Made by a program: the position numbers and the translations under genes. A stretch of 56,460 nucleotides of DNA, from assembly GCA_039683575.1 (NCBI GenBank), contig JBDKRC010000331.1:1-56460 (forward strand). Reading direction: 5' to 3'. This DNA comes from Armatimonadia bacterium (lineage in GTDB: Bacteria; Armatimonadota; Zipacnadia; Zipacnadales; UBA11051). Shown piece after piece: positions 37,189 to 47,186 of this stretch. Position 1 is the stretch's first letter. Each line of letters opens with the position of its first letter. The notes beneath the pieces are model-generated. The model did not search any database. It saw nothing but the letters and a program-made list of their open reading frames with translations, and was not told the DNA's origin.

Positions 37189-37811
37189 GGCCCGGGATTG
37201 AAATCCCGGCCTAAGGAGATGAGCGTCCCTCCGGGACGCGGGAGGGGAGGGATGCGTCATACTCGGGAGGGGGTTCCCACGCAGAGTGAGTCTTACCGCC
37301 GCTGTGATGTTCTTCCTGGCGGGCCACGTACTTCATGACGTTCTGTAGGTGCGAGCGGCTGAGGCTGAAGACGCCGTAGCCGGGCTGCCAGTAGAAGCCG
37401 GGCTGCCCCAGTTGCTCCTTGGCGAAGAGGGAACTGACAGCCTTCACTTGTTTCGCCACTTGGGCCGGCGCGATGTCGGTCGGCGCTTGTACGACAAGGT
37501 GGACATGATCGTCAACTCCGCCGATAGCAAGGGCCTTACACCCCATTTGGGTAGCCTGATCTACGATGCAATTGTGCAGACGCCTCCGGACCTCGCACGT
37601 GATCCAGGGCAAGCCGCCTTTGGTGCCCCAAACGAAGTGGAAGTACAGTTCGGCTTTGGTGTCCGACATGTGGTGGGCCCCCGTGTTGGCTGACCGGGGT
37701 TGAAACCCCGGCCTGATGAATGAGCGTCCCTCCGGGACGCAGGAACTACGGCGGGAAATCTCGCGTCCCGGAGGGACGCTCATGCACTAGACCGGCATTT
37801 CAATGCCGGGC
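37189..37811. mobile_element. IS200/IS605-type tnpA flanked by three copies of a ~47-nt palindrome-bearing repeat (REPtron-like)
   Basis: Unit CCGGG.TTGAAA.CCCGG..ATGAGCGTCCCTCCGGGACG at 37189-37238 and 37694-37739 (direct), inverted copy at 37764-37811. Confidence 0.8.
37211..37669 (-). CDS. tnpA: Y1 HUH tyrosine transposase (IS200-like)
   Basis: LYFHFVWGTK, HUH motif DHVHL, KAVSS, FYWQPGYGVFS, catalytic YVARQEEHH; start MSDT at 37669; no tnpB. Confidence 0.92.
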   Translation of the reverse strand: MSDTKAELYFHFVWGTKGGLPWITCEVRRRLHNCIVDQATQMGCKALAIGGVDDHVHLVVQAPTDIAPAQVAKQVKAVSSLFAKEQLGQPGFYWQPGYGVFSLSRSHLQNVMKYVARQEEHHSGGKTHSAWEPPPEYDASLPSRVPEGRSSP

Positions 37812-37916
37812 TGGCGACGTAGTAGTGTTCATTCCCCTCTCCCACCCAACCTCCACACAAAGGACTACCCGGCCCTCAAGACCAATACTCCACCAGTCTG
37901 AGACAGGAGGCTCAAC

Positions 37917-40733
37917 ATGCGTCAGGCCTTCGTTCTGTTCACACTCCTGGCAGCACTCACTGCTGCGCACGCCCAGATCGTTGCCGACAAGCTCTATGTC
38001 TCCCCCCAGGGCCGCGACACCTGGTCAGGGACCCTCGCCGCGCCCAACGCCGCCAAGACCGACGGTCCCCTCGCCACCGTCACCGCCGCCCGCGACGCCG
38101 CCCGCAGACTGCATGCGCGACTGGGGACAACGAAACCAGTCGCCGTCGTCATCCTCGGCGGCACCTACCGCATGGCCGAGCCCCTCGTGCTCACCCCCGA
38201 AGACTCCTTCGTGGCCTATCAAGCCTATCCCGGCCAGAAAGTGGTCCTGAGTGGCGGCCTCCCTGTGACCGGATGGCAGCCGGCTGAGGGCAAGCTCTGG
38301 CGGGCCACCATTCCAGCCGCTGCCAACCGCCAGTGGCAGTTCCAGCAACTCTTCGTCAATGGCCAGCGCCGCCTCCGCGCCCGCACTCCCAACCTCGTCA
38401 AGCCCACGCCCACAACGCCCCTCGGTGACACCACCGGCTACTTCGTCACCGCTGGCAAGGCTCCGCCGCTCGTGGACGCCGCCGGCAAAGAGACATCTCA
38501 AGACAGCATCGCCTTCCGCTTCAAGGAAGGCGACCTCAAGAACTGGCCCAACCTCAGCGATATCCAGGTCAGCGTCTATCACTCCTGGGAGACTTCACGC
38601 CACCGCCTTGCTTCAGTGGACGAGGCTAATCGCGTCGTCACCTTCACCGGCAAAGCCGTCTGGCCTTTTGAGCGCTGGGGGCCTAAGCAGCGCTACTTCG
38701 TTGAGAACCTCCCCGAGGCCCTCGACGAGCCCGGCGAATGGTACTTGGACTGCGCCACGGGCGTCCTCAGCTACTGGCCGCTGCCCGGCGAAGACCTTCG
38801 ACAGGCCGAGGTCATCGCCCCCAGGCTCACCCGCCTCGTCGAACTCCGTGGCGACGCCCGTCTCGGCCAGTGGGTCGAGGGCGTCAGCTTCACCGGCCTG
38901 ACCTTCGGCCATCAGGACTGGGAACTGGAGCCCCAGGGCCACAGCGACGCTCAGGCTACCGTCACCGCCCCAGCCGCGATCATGGCTGATGCCGCCCTGA
39001 ACTGCACCTTCAAGGAATGCGACCTCAGCCACGTCGGCTCCTATGGCCTGTGGCTCCGCGCCGGCTGCAAGAACAACCTCATCGAGGGCTGCCGCATCCA
39101 CGACCTCGGCGTCGGCGGTATCCGCATCGGGGAAGCCCAAATGCCGCCCTCCGACGAGATAACCAGCAGCGGAAACACCGTCCGCAACTGCCACCTCTTC
39201 GACGGCGGCCACGTGTACCCCGCGGGGCATGGGATCTGGATCGGCCAGAGCTTCGGTAACCTCATCGCCCACAATGAGATCCACGATTTCAACTACTCCG
39301 GCATGTCCGTCGGCTGGAACTGGGGCGACAGCCCGACGCGGACTCATGACAACATCATCGAGTACAACCACGTCCACCACTGCATGAATCACCAGCTTAA
39401 CGACGGCGGTGCCATCTACTGCCTCGGCACTTCCCCCGGCAGCATCATCCGCAACAACGTCTTCCACGACATCTGGCCGTTCAGCGGCATCGGCTGGGGC
39501 ATCTACCTCGACGCGACAACCAGCCAGTACCTCGTCGAGAACAACGTCGTCTTCAACACCCTCAGCGGCGACCTGATGTACAACAACGGCGGGCACGAGC
39601 ATGTCATCCAGAACAACATCTTCGGCCCCTGCGCCCAGCAGCAGCTCTGGCCGTACTGGGAGAAGCGGATCAACACCTTCCGCCGCAACCTCATCTACTT
39701 CACGGAGAGCGACCTGTTCATCCCCTTCTCAGAAGGCAGTCTCCGCCAGCGCCTAGAGGCCAACGAGACCCCGGCCGTCTGGGATGAGAACCTCTACTGG
39801 AACCCCGAGCAGCCGGACATCAAGTTCTACGGCTACGACTTCGCCCAATGGCAGAAGCTCGGTCTCGACACCAAGTCGCTCGTTGCTGACCCGCAGTGGA
39901 TCGGCACTGGACCGCACGGCTTCCCCGTCCCTGCGCTGTACCCGGACAAGCCCGGCCAGACGCTCTTCCCCGTCTTCAAACCATCCTCCCCTGCGCTCAA
40001 GCTGGGGATCAAACCCATTGACACCTCGACCGTCGGCATCCAGGCTCCTGCTTCCCTCGTAGCCGAAGCCCGCGCGGTCAAGCATCCCGCGACGGTCTTC
40101 CCGGCTCCCCCGCCTCCTCCTTCACCCACGTCAGTGGACGACGGGTTTGAGATGGCCACGGTAGGCGCCGAGCCTGAGGGGGCTAACGTGAATGGCGAAG
40201 AGGGCGGGGCCTCGATCCGCGTGACGGCGGAGCAGGCAGCCACCGGCCGTCATTCGGCTAAGTTCATCGATAGCCCCGCCGCCCAGCCATCCTGGCAGCC
40301 ACACATGTTCTACCAGCCGCACTTCAAGACCGGCCTCATTCGCGAGAGCTTCGACATCTACCTCGAGCCCCTGGCTCTGATGTACACCGAGTGGCGTGAC
40401 ACCACCCCCTACCCCGCCAACGTCGGACCCAATGTCACCTTTGACGCATCGGAGGGACAGGCGGCTAAGGTGATCGTCAACCAAAACGCCATCACCACCG
40501 TTCCCCTCAGCCAGTGGATCCATGTCGAGATGGAAACCCGCCTCGGCAAGGACGCCCCAAAGACATGGAAGCTCACACTGCAAACCCCCGGCCAGCAGCC
40601 CTGGGTCAGCACCAACATCCCCTATGGCGGCGACCGCTTCGCTGAGGTACACTGGCTCGGCTTCGTCAGCACCGCCACCGTCAAGTCAGTCTTCTATGTT
40701 GACAATGTGAAGATCGCTCAGATTGAGAAGTGA
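37917..40733 (+). CDS. Exported right-handed parallel beta-helix protein (GH141-like) with a C-terminal beta-sandwich
   Basis: AGGAGG RBS, signal peptide, YVSPQGRDTWSG..DGPLAT, QLFVNG..RARTPN, LDEPGEWY, DGGAIY, GWGIYLD. Confidence 0.8.
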   Translation: MRQAFVLFTLLAALTAAHAQIVADKLYVSPQGRDTWSGTLAAPNAAKTDGPLATVTAARDAARRLHARLGTTKPVAVVILGGTYRMAEPLVLTPEDSFVAYQAYPGQKVVLSGGLPVTGWQPAEGKLWRATIPAAANRQWQFQQLFVNGQRRLRARTPNLVKPTPTTPLGDTTGYFVTAGKAPPLVDAAGKETSQDSIAFRFKEGDLKNWPNLSDIQVSVYHSWETSRHRLASVDEANRVVTFTGKAVWPFERWGPKQRYFVENLPEALDEPGEWYLDCATGVLSYWPLPGEDLRQAEVIAPRLTRLVELRGDARLGQWVEGVSFTGLTFGHQDWELEPQGHSDAQATVTAPAAIMADAALNCTFKECDLSHVGSYGLWLRAGCKNNLIEGCRIHDLGVGGIRIGEAQMPPSDEITSSGNTVRNCHLFDGGHVYPAGHGIWIGQSFGNLIAHNEIHDFNYSGMSVGWNWGDSPTRTHDNIIEYNHVHHCMNHQLNDGGAIYCLGTSPGSIIRNNVFHDIWPFSGIGWGIYLDATTSQYLVENNVVFNTLSGDLMYNNGGHEHVIQNNIFGPCAQQQLWPYWEKRINTFRRNLIYFTESDLFIPFSEGSLRQRLEANETPAVWDENLYWNPEQPDIKFYGYDFAQWQKLGLDTKSLVADPQWIGTGPHGFPVPALYPDKPGQTLFPVFKPSSPALKLGIKPIDTSTVGIQAPASLVAEARAVKHPATVFPAPPPPPSPTSVDDGFEMATVGAEPEGANVNGEEGGASIRVTAEQAATGRHSAKFIDSPAAQPSWQPHMFYQPHFKTGLIRESFDIYLEPLALMYTEWRDTTPYPANVGPNVTFDASEGQAAKVIVNQNAITTVPLSQWIHVEMETRLGKDAPKTWKLTLQTPGQQPWVSTNIPYGGDRFAEVHWLGFVSTATVKSVFYVDNVKIAQIEK

Positions 40734-40742
40734 GAACTGGAA

Positions 40743-43700
40743 GTGAATGCTATGCTACGTCTGAACCTGTCGCTCGTCGCCCTGCTGCTCATCACCGCCG
40801 CGGGCGCGCAGCAACCCACAGTGCCGCCAGTCCAGCACGAGACGGCGCTGGTTGACCAGCCGCTGACCATCGCCGAGGCCGCCAAGTGGGAGCGGGAAGT
40901 GGCCCTGCCCCAGATGGAGACGGGAATGGCGCCCGTTCTCTTCGTCCGTGCGCGCGTCCCCGCCGGAGGCGGCTGCAACTTCATCATGCGGATACTCATC
41001 AATGGCCGCCCGCTGACCGAGAACGTCTTCGAGCCGCGCCTGCTCAACAAGCTCCCCTTCTTCGACCCGCCCGGCACCGACTATCACTTCACCTGGTCAC
41101 GCGGCAGCTATGCCGACTACACAGCAAACGCCTGGATGACAATGTTCGCGCCCAACGCCCAGAGCAACTGGGCCGGCACCGGCCGTGACACCGACTACCT
41201 CTTCGCGTTGCCCGGCCTCGCCCCCGGGCAGACCTTCACCCTCGGCGTCGAACACACGTTCAAGGGCCTCGCTGCCGCCATGAAGGTGGAGCAGGCCCCG
41301 CTTATCGTCGAGCGCGTCACCGTTGGCGGCCTCAAAACCACCGACATCGCCGCCATCCGCGAGGAAATCCGCCAGCGCATGAAGATCGCGCCGATCCCCG
41401 TGAACCCCGTTCTCCCGCCTGACGCCGGACCCGGCACCCGCGCTTACGAAGTCGTCTGGTCTGGCCGCCCCGAGCCGCCCGCGCAGGTCACCTTCGACAA
41501 CCTGCAGGGCTGGACCGCCCGCCGCATCGGCGAAACCGAGGCCACGATATCGGCGTCGACCACCCAGCGCATTTGGCGCCCCCGCGTCGCCGAAGTCTTC
41601 ATCCCCAAGAATGAGGGCAAGTCCCTCGTTCTGCAACTCCGCCCGCCGCAACCGATTACGGTCAAGGACACGTTCGACGCCGCTAACCTCTTCGTCTACG
41701 GCCACCGCCATTTCATGTCCCCCGAACACGTGCCGATCCAGGTAACGGCCCTTCTGCAGGACGCCCGTGGCAGCGACCTGACCATGGACCTCGGCCCCAT
41801 CCAAATGGGCTACTGGGTCCTCCTTCATGGCGTCCTGCCCGGCAAACAGGCCGAATACGCCTTCCCGATGAAGTTCACAGGCCTGCAGCTTTCCCTGCCC
41901 CAATCCAAGGGCGACTACCGCCTCTATCTCGAATCTCTCACCTTCTACCAGCAGAACCGCAAGCCTAAGGTCTACCCGCGTCCCTCCAAGCCCGCCTTCC
42001 CGCAAAACGCCAACGGGCTTCTCCCCACTCCGCCCCCAGGAGTGAAGACCCGCATCGAGGCCACGAAGGACGGGGCAAGGTTCGTCTCGCTGGCGCGCGG
42101 GAAGACACTTGAAGTCACCGTCACCCCGGCCAAGGGCTGCCTTGATGGCGTCTCCGCACGCTGGGGCGACGGCAAAACCTTCCAGCCCTGCGCGGGCGGG
42201 GGCATCGGCGACGACAAGGCCGTCTTCTCCGGCAAGCTGCTGAGCCAGCAGGTGAGGAACGGCGCCCTCGTCGCCGACTGGCAGGACGACGCTGGCCGCA
42301 AGTGGCAGGCTACCTATCTTCTGTCCGGCGTCAGCCTCCTCGTGGACCTCAAGTGCCCCGGCGGACAGGCGACCGGTACCCGTTTCGGCGACGTCGCCGG
42401 CCTCCCCAACCCGAAGGGTATTGAGGTCCCCTACCTCACCTTCAGCTACCAACAGCCCGGCGCGCTCATCGCCGCGGCGGACGGCATCTTCGTCTCGGTC
42501 CTTCCCGATCTCTACAACTCCGACTACTCCTCCATGGACACCGCCACCAAGGAGCCGACCGCCGACCGCATCGGCCTCATCGCCTCAACAGTCTATACAC
42601 CTCTTACCAACGGCCGCCGCAACGACCTCAGCGACCGCCTGATCATCACCATCTCACCGGAATTCGCCGACACCCTCCCGAACCATCAGAATCCACCCTC
42701 GCCCAACCGCGAGCGCCTCGCGCCCTACATGTTCGTTATGGACCGCGCCAAGTCGCTCCCGCGCTGGGAAACCATGAAGCGCTACGGCCTCGATCACGTC
42801 ATCGCCAATGACTTCGCCGGGATCTTCATCAAGGACTACTCCGAGGGCTTCGGAGGCCGCTGGCGCCCCCATCCCGACTACACCATCAAGGAAGTTCAGG
42901 GCTGGCGCCAGCAAATCAAGGACCTCGGCTTCATGTTCGGCGCCTACATTGACGTAACCGACTACTACCCCCTCAACGAGTGGTGGGACGAGAACAACGT
43001 CTCGCTGACCACCACCGGCGACCTCTGCGACGCCTGGTGGGGCAGCTACGCCCCCAAGACCAGCTTCATGCGCCCCTTCACCGAACTCACCGGCCGCAAG
43101 ATGAAAGAGTACTACCCGCCTGATTGCGTGTATCTGGACGTCAGCACCAACCGCGGTCCCCGCGCCATGGACTTCGAAGCGGGCGTGCCCGGCGCCGGGA
43201 TGGCAAGGGGCATGGTCATTGGCAACGGTGACAGCCTCGTCGAGGCGCGCAAATGGTATGGCTCGACGGTCAGCGAGGGCATCTTCCGCTGGATGTACGC
43301 CGGGGTGTGCGACATGGACTACGCGCAGGTTCGCATGAAGCAGCCTATGCCGGTGCCGCTGGACTTTGACCTGCTCAAGCTCCACCCCTTCCAGCACGGC
43401 ACCATGATGGGCTACGGCCCCAGTTGCCTTCTCAATGCCGAAGAGATGAAGCAACTGCATAGCAGCGACCAACCCGGCTCGCAGGCCTACTACCGCTACG
43501 TTTCCACGAGCCTCGCCTTCGGGCACATGCTCCTGCTCGGCTATGGCTACTTCCCACCGATGCAGGACATGATCCAGTACTATGCACTGATGCAGGGCAT
43601 ACAGAAGGAGTATCTGACAGACGCCGCAACGCAGATCGAGTACCACAACGAGGAGAAGTTCCTCGCCACCAGCCCCGCCCTGCAAGAGGGGGCCCACCTG

Positions 43701-44237
43701 CAGGGACGCGTGCGGGTGAAGTACTCCCGCGGCCTCACCGTCACCGCGAACCTCAACCCCGAGAAGCCCTGGGAAGTCACCCAGGATGGCCAGACATACA
43801 CGCTGCCCCCATATGGCTGGGTCATCAGCAAGCCCGGCGAGATTCTCGGCTACAGCGCCCTCGTGGATGGCAAGCGCGTTGACTACGTGCAATGCCCCGA
43901 GTACACCTACCTCAACAGCGACGACCAGCCCCGCCAGCGCGGCGCCATCGAGGTCCAGGGTGCGGCCTGGCTGAAAAAGCGCCCCGAAGGCTTCGAACTC
44001 GTCCCCTGCGGCCGCCTCGGCTACTGGCAACCGGACCTGACCATCGGCCAGATCCCCGACAACCGCGGCTGCCCGGTCCTCATCATAGACACCGGCAAGC
44101 TCGGCTTGCCGACCGCCACAATCACCGCCCTCGGCGACAAGGGCCAAACCGCAAAGCCCCAGACCGAGCGTCTGCCAGACGGCCGCACGAAGCTCACCGT
44201 CACCAGGGACACAGTCAGCTTCCTGATCCGCAGGTAA
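40743..44237 (+). CDS. Large exported protein with a probable glycoside hydrolase TIM-barrel domain
   Basis: Signal peptide (start may be ATG 40752); aromatic-rich central region with VYLDV and SEG motifs; family uncertain. Confidence 0.6.
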   Translation: MNAMLRLNLSLVALLLITAAGAQQPTVPPVQHETALVDQPLTIAEAAKWEREVALPQMETGMAPVLFVRARVPAGGGCNFIMRILINGRPLTENVFEPRLLNKLPFFDPPGTDYHFTWSRGSYADYTANAWMTMFAPNAQSNWAGTGRDTDYLFALPGLAPGQTFTLGVEHTFKGLAAAMKVEQAPLIVERVTVGGLKTTDIAAIREEIRQRMKIAPIPVNPVLPPDAGPGTRAYEVVWSGRPEPPAQVTFDNLQGWTARRIGETEATISASTTQRIWRPRVAEVFIPKNEGKSLVLQLRPPQPITVKDTFDAANLFVYGHRHFMSPEHVPIQVTALLQDARGSDLTMDLGPIQMGYWVLLHGVLPGKQAEYAFPMKFTGLQLSLPQSKGDYRLYLESLTFYQQNRKPKVYPRPSKPAFPQNANGLLPTPPPGVKTRIEATKDGARFVSLARGKTLEVTVTPAKGCLDGVSARWGDGKTFQPCAGGGIGDDKAVFSGKLLSQQVRNGALVADWQDDAGRKWQATYLLSGVSLLVDLKCPGGQATGTRFGDVAGLPNPKGIEVPYLTFSYQQPGALIAAADGIFVSVLPDLYNSDYSSMDTATKEPTADRIGLIASTVYTPLTNGRRNDLSDRLIITISPEFADTLPNHQNPPSPNRERLAPYMFVMDRAKSLPRWETMKRYGLDHVIANDFAGIFIKDYSEGFGGRWRPHPDYTIKEVQGWRQQIKDLGFMFGAYIDVTDYYPLNEWWDENNVSLTTTGDLCDAWWGSYAPKTSFMRPFTELTGRKMKEYYPPDCVYLDVSTNRGPRAMDFEAGVPGAGMARGMVIGNGDSLVEARKWYGSTVSEGIFRWMYAGVCDMDYAQVRMKQPMPVPLDFDLLKLHPFQHGTMMGYGPSCLLNAEEMKQLHSSDQPGSQAYYRYVSTSLAFGHMLLLGYGYFPPMQDMIQYYALMQGIQKEYLTDAATQIEYHNEEKFLATSPALQEGAHLQGRVRVKYSRGLTVTANLNPEKPWEVTQDGQTYTLPPYGWVISKPGEILGYSALVDGKRVDYVQCPEYTYLNSDDQPRQRGAIEVQGAAWLKKRPEGFELVPCGRLGYWQPDLTIGQIPDNRGCPVLIIDTGKLGLPTATITALGDKGQTAKPQTERLPDGRTKLTVTRDTVSFLIRR

Positions 44238-44248
44238 CTACTCAAGCA

Positions 44249-44280
44249 ACAGGGGCTTGCGGATATCCGCAAGCCCCTGT
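44249..44280. terminator. Perfect 32-bp palindrome between convergent genes (bidirectional terminator or repeat)
   Basis: ACAGGGGCTTGCGGAT-ATCCGCAAGCCCCTGT. Confidence 0.65.
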
Positions 44281-44303
44281 CTCTCTGCATATACGCAATT
44301 GCC

Positions 44304-45401
44304 TTACTTCCCGTAGAACCAATCCATCCCGATCCTCGCCACCCGGATCCCATCGCGGCAGTGATAGCCCACCAGCACCGTCCCCTCGTCCAGGAACTCC
44401 ACGCACTGGTACCCGAAGTCGTCCTCCGGGTCGCTCGCGATATTCCGATAGTTGATAAGCGTCGCCCCCTCATCCTTCGAAATCGCTGCGGTCAGCGTAC
44501 ACCGCCGGTGAATCTTGGGGTTCACCTTGTCCTGCGACCGCTCGGTGATCCAGATGAACAGCAGGTCCCCGTTGGGCATCCGCCGTACCGTCGGCAGCCC
44601 GGCATAGGGCAGCTTGATGTCCGTGCGCTTGATCCCCGGCCCCCACGTCGCGCCTTTGTCCTCGGAGTATGCAAAGACCGGGAAGCCGCTGTAGGTCCGC
44701 GCAAACATCAGCAGCCGGCCGTCCTTTAGCTCCACCACATCCGCCTCCTGCACCTCCACATGCTCCCCGTACAGGTCCACGACGTTGCCGCTCGGATGCC
44801 AGCTTACCCCATTGTCGTCCGAGTAGAAGCTCAGCCCGACGAACCCGCTGTGATCTTCACTGCTTGGCAAGTACATTTTGTACTCCGCCGCCGCCATGAT
44901 CCGTCCCGTCGAAAGCAGACTCACTCGATCATTATGTACCAGCACATACCCCGGATAGGCCGTGTAGCACATGGGGTCGCTCCACGTCTTCCCCTCATCA
45001 CTCGACCGCCGCAGGTAGTTGTGCGCAAAGTACGGCGTCGCCGGGTGGGTGCTGTAGATGTACGTCAGCAGGATCTGCCCGTCCGGCAGGCGCAAGAAGG
45101 AGGGATGCGCGATATATGCCTTAGCCTGCGGCACCGGCCGCTTGACCAGCACTTCCGCTTTCCCCCAGGTCTTCCCCTGGTCCGTCGAGCGCATGACCAT
45201 GATGTCGCCGTCAGTGTACGACATGAGCAGCGAACCATCTTTGAGCGCAATGAAGTCGCCCATGATCCCCCGGTAGCCATGGTCTCCCCGCGGCTTCTTC
45301 ACCACCAGCGTCTCCTCAAACAGCCCCTCAGCCACGCTCTGCGTCACAAACACTAGCAGCAGCACCGTCACCAGCAGGAAACTAAGCGGCATCGCCATCA
45401 T
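44304..45401 (-). CDS. Exported sialidase-like BNR/Asp-box protein
   Basis: Asp boxes STDQGKTW, SSDEGKTW, SDDNGVSW, SEDKGATW, SKDEG; signal peptide. Confidence 0.85.
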   Translation of the reverse strand: MMAMPLSFLLVTVLLLVFVTQSVAEGLFEETLVVKKPRGDHGYRGIMGDFIALKDGSLLMSYTDGDIMVMRSTDQGKTWGKAEVLVKRPVPQAKAYIAHPSFLRLPDGQILLTYIYSTHPATPYFAHNYLRRSSDEGKTWSDPMCYTAYPGYVLVHNDRVSLLSTGRIMAAAEYKMYLPSSEDHSGFVGLSFYSDDNGVSWHPSGNVVDLYGEHVEVQEADVVELKDGRLLMFARTYSGFPVFAYSEDKGATWGPGIKRTDIKLPYAGLPTVRRMPNGDLLFIWITERSQDKVNPKIHRRCTLTAAISKDEGATLINYRNIASDPEDDFGYQCVEFLDEGTVLVGYHCRDGIRVARIGMDWFYGK

Positions 45402-45467
45402 TCCCTTCCATGGTCATATCGCTGCTAACACAAGCCGTATGAGCGGCTTCCACCCGCTCTTCGGAGC

Positions 45468-45650
45468 AGGACAAGAACGGATGGACAGGATGGACGGCAT
45501 TGATTGTGAGGGTCGGCTGGCGTGGCCCGCCCGGCTGGAAGCCGGGCTCTGTTGGCGGAATCCCGCGTGGCGACCGCTGCGGTCGCATGGATGCCGCTCG
45601 TGCGGCTGATTACGGGCACAGGTGTGGGTGCGAGACGCACCCACCTACGC
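45468..45650. repeat. Mixed intergenic repeat cluster (CAGGATGGA repeats, GGCTGGAAGCC palindrome, GTGGGTGCGAGACGCACCCAC)
   Basis: CAGGATGG units recur at 46866-46905, 47012-47045 and 48748-48786; GCTGGAAGCC recurs at 52363-52415. Confidence 0.6.
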
Positions 45651-45664
45651 GGGAGACGGAGTTA

Positions 45665-46840
45665 CTAGCGCATGGCCTGATCGAGGTCTTCGATTATGTC
45701 TTCTACGTCTTCGAGGCCTACTGACAGGCGGACCAGGCCGTCGGTTATTCCGGCTTTGAGGCGATCCTCGCGGGGGGCCATGGCGTGGGTCATGGAGGCT
45801 GGATGCGAGATCAGGGTCACCACGTCGCCGAGGCTGACCGCTATCGTGCAGAGCTTCACGTTGTCCATCAGCCGCGCGCCGGCTTCGATGCCGCCGCGTA
45901 GCTCGAAGCAGACCATGGCGCCGAAGCCGCCGGTCATCTGCTTCTTGGCGAGCTCATATTGCGGGAAGGACGGCAGGCCCGGATAGTAAACCCGCTCCAC
46001 CGCCGGATGCTGTTCCAGGAACTCGGCGACCTGCTGGGCGATCTGGTTGTGAGCCCTCATGCGCAGGGGCAGGGTCTGCATGCCGCGGGCGATCAGGAAG
46101 GCGTTGAGCGGGGCCAGCGTGCCGCCGAACTGGATGTACTTGTGCCAGAGTTTCTTGATGAGCTCCTCGCTACCGCAGATCCCCCCGCCGATGCAGTCCC
46201 CGTGGCCGTTGAGGTACTTGGTGGCGCTGTGTACTACCACATCGCAGCCGAGTTGCAGAGGACGCTGGTTGATCGGGGAGGCGAAGGTGTTGTCCACGAT
46301 CGTCAGGATCCCACGCTCTTTGGCGAGGGCCGCGACGGCGGCGAGGTCCACCAGCTTGAGCGAAGGGTTGCCCGGCGTTTCGAGGTAGATCACCTTCGTG
46401 TTCGGACGAATGGCGGCGGCGACGTTGTCAACGTTCGAGGCGTCAACGTAGCTGCATTCGATGCCAAGCTCCGGCATGGTCTCGGTCAGCATGAGGTGAG
46501 TGCCGATATAGACGGCATCGCTGCTCAGAACGTGGTCGCCGGCCTTAGCGAGACCGAGGAGGGCGGTGCTGATCGCGGCCATGCCAGAGGCGACGGCCTG
46601 CGCGGCCTCGGCGCCTTCCATGCAGGCGAGCTTGTCCTCGAAGACCTTGATAGTGGGATTGCCGTAACGGGTGTAGGTGTAGCCGTCCTCCTCGCCGGAG
46701 AAGCAGCGGGCGCTCTGGGCGGCGCTTTCGAAGCCAAAGGTGGAGGTCTGGTAGATGGGAACAGCCACTGCCTGGCAGCCCGGCTCGGGGCCGTACCCGG
46801 CGTGGATGGCCTGGGTTTGGAGACCGTGGGATTTGGACAT
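45665..46840 (-). CDS. Methionine gamma-lyase / trans-sulfuration PLP enzyme
   Basis: PIYQTSTF, YTRYGNPT, SGMAAI, YLETPGNP, DNTF, HSATKYLNGHGD, AVSLG, HPASMTH, RLSVGLE. Confidence 0.9.
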   Translation of the reverse strand: MSKSHGLQTQAIHAGYGPEPGCQAVAVPIYQTSTFGFESAAQSARCFSGEEDGYTYTRYGNPTIKVFEDKLACMEGAEAAQAVASGMAAISTALLGLAKAGDHVLSSDAVYIGTHLMLTETMPELGIECSYVDASNVDNVAAAIRPNTKVIYLETPGNPSLKLVDLAAVAALAKERGILTIVDNTFASPINQRPLQLGCDVVVHSATKYLNGHGDCIGGGICGSEELIKKLWHKYIQFGGTLAPLNAFLIARGMQTLPLRMRAHNQIAQQVAEFLEQHPAVERVYYPGLPSFPQYELAKKQMTGGFGAMVCFELRGGIEAGARLMDNVKLCTIAVSLGDVVTLISHPASMTHAMAPREDRLKAGITDGLVRLSVGLEDVEDIIEDLDQAMR

Positions 46841-46865
46841 TGGGGTGGACCTTCTTTGAGAGCTT

Positions 46866-47178
46866 GTCAGGATGGACAGGATTAACGGCGGATGGACAGG
46901 ATGAGACGGCTATAGGGTTGTCATTCTGAGCGAAGCGAAGAACCGACACGTGGGGATTCTTCGCTTGCCGCACGAGTACGTGCGGGCTCAGAATGACAGA
47001 GCATTTTCGGAGCAGGATTAGCGGCGGATGGACAGGATGGGACGGCTATAGGTTTGTCATTCTGAGCGAAGCGAAGAATCTGCAGCGTGGGGAGAGATCC
47101 TTCGCTTGGCGGACGCGGACGTCCGCGCTCAGGATGACAACAAATGTGGGAGGTCGGTGCGGGACGCACCGACCTCCG
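46866..47178. repeat. Two tandem composite units: CAGGAT repeats + GGCTATAGG + family E palindrome, then a further hairpin
   Basis: gcggatggacaggatg.gacggctatagg.ttgtcattctgagcgaagcgaagaa is repeated at about 46888 and 47024. Confidence 0.8.
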
Positions 47179-47186
47179 CGAGACTG

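Noticed and set aside
40731-40754. TGA of the beta-helix gene is in frame with the next large ORF
   Set aside because: The downstream gene has its own signal peptide and there is no SECIS-like hairpin
41097-44147. Long antisense ORFs (41097-42452, 42654-44147; similarly 3103-4230 and 26611-27669)
   Set aside because: Shadow frames of high-GC genes on the opposite strand, with no recognisable motifs
46866-47178. Repeated units upstream of the methionine gamma-lyase gene as a CRISPR array or SAM riboswitch
   Set aside because: Only two composite units, built from repeat families found elsewhere; no regular spacers, cas genes or SAM-I core motifs
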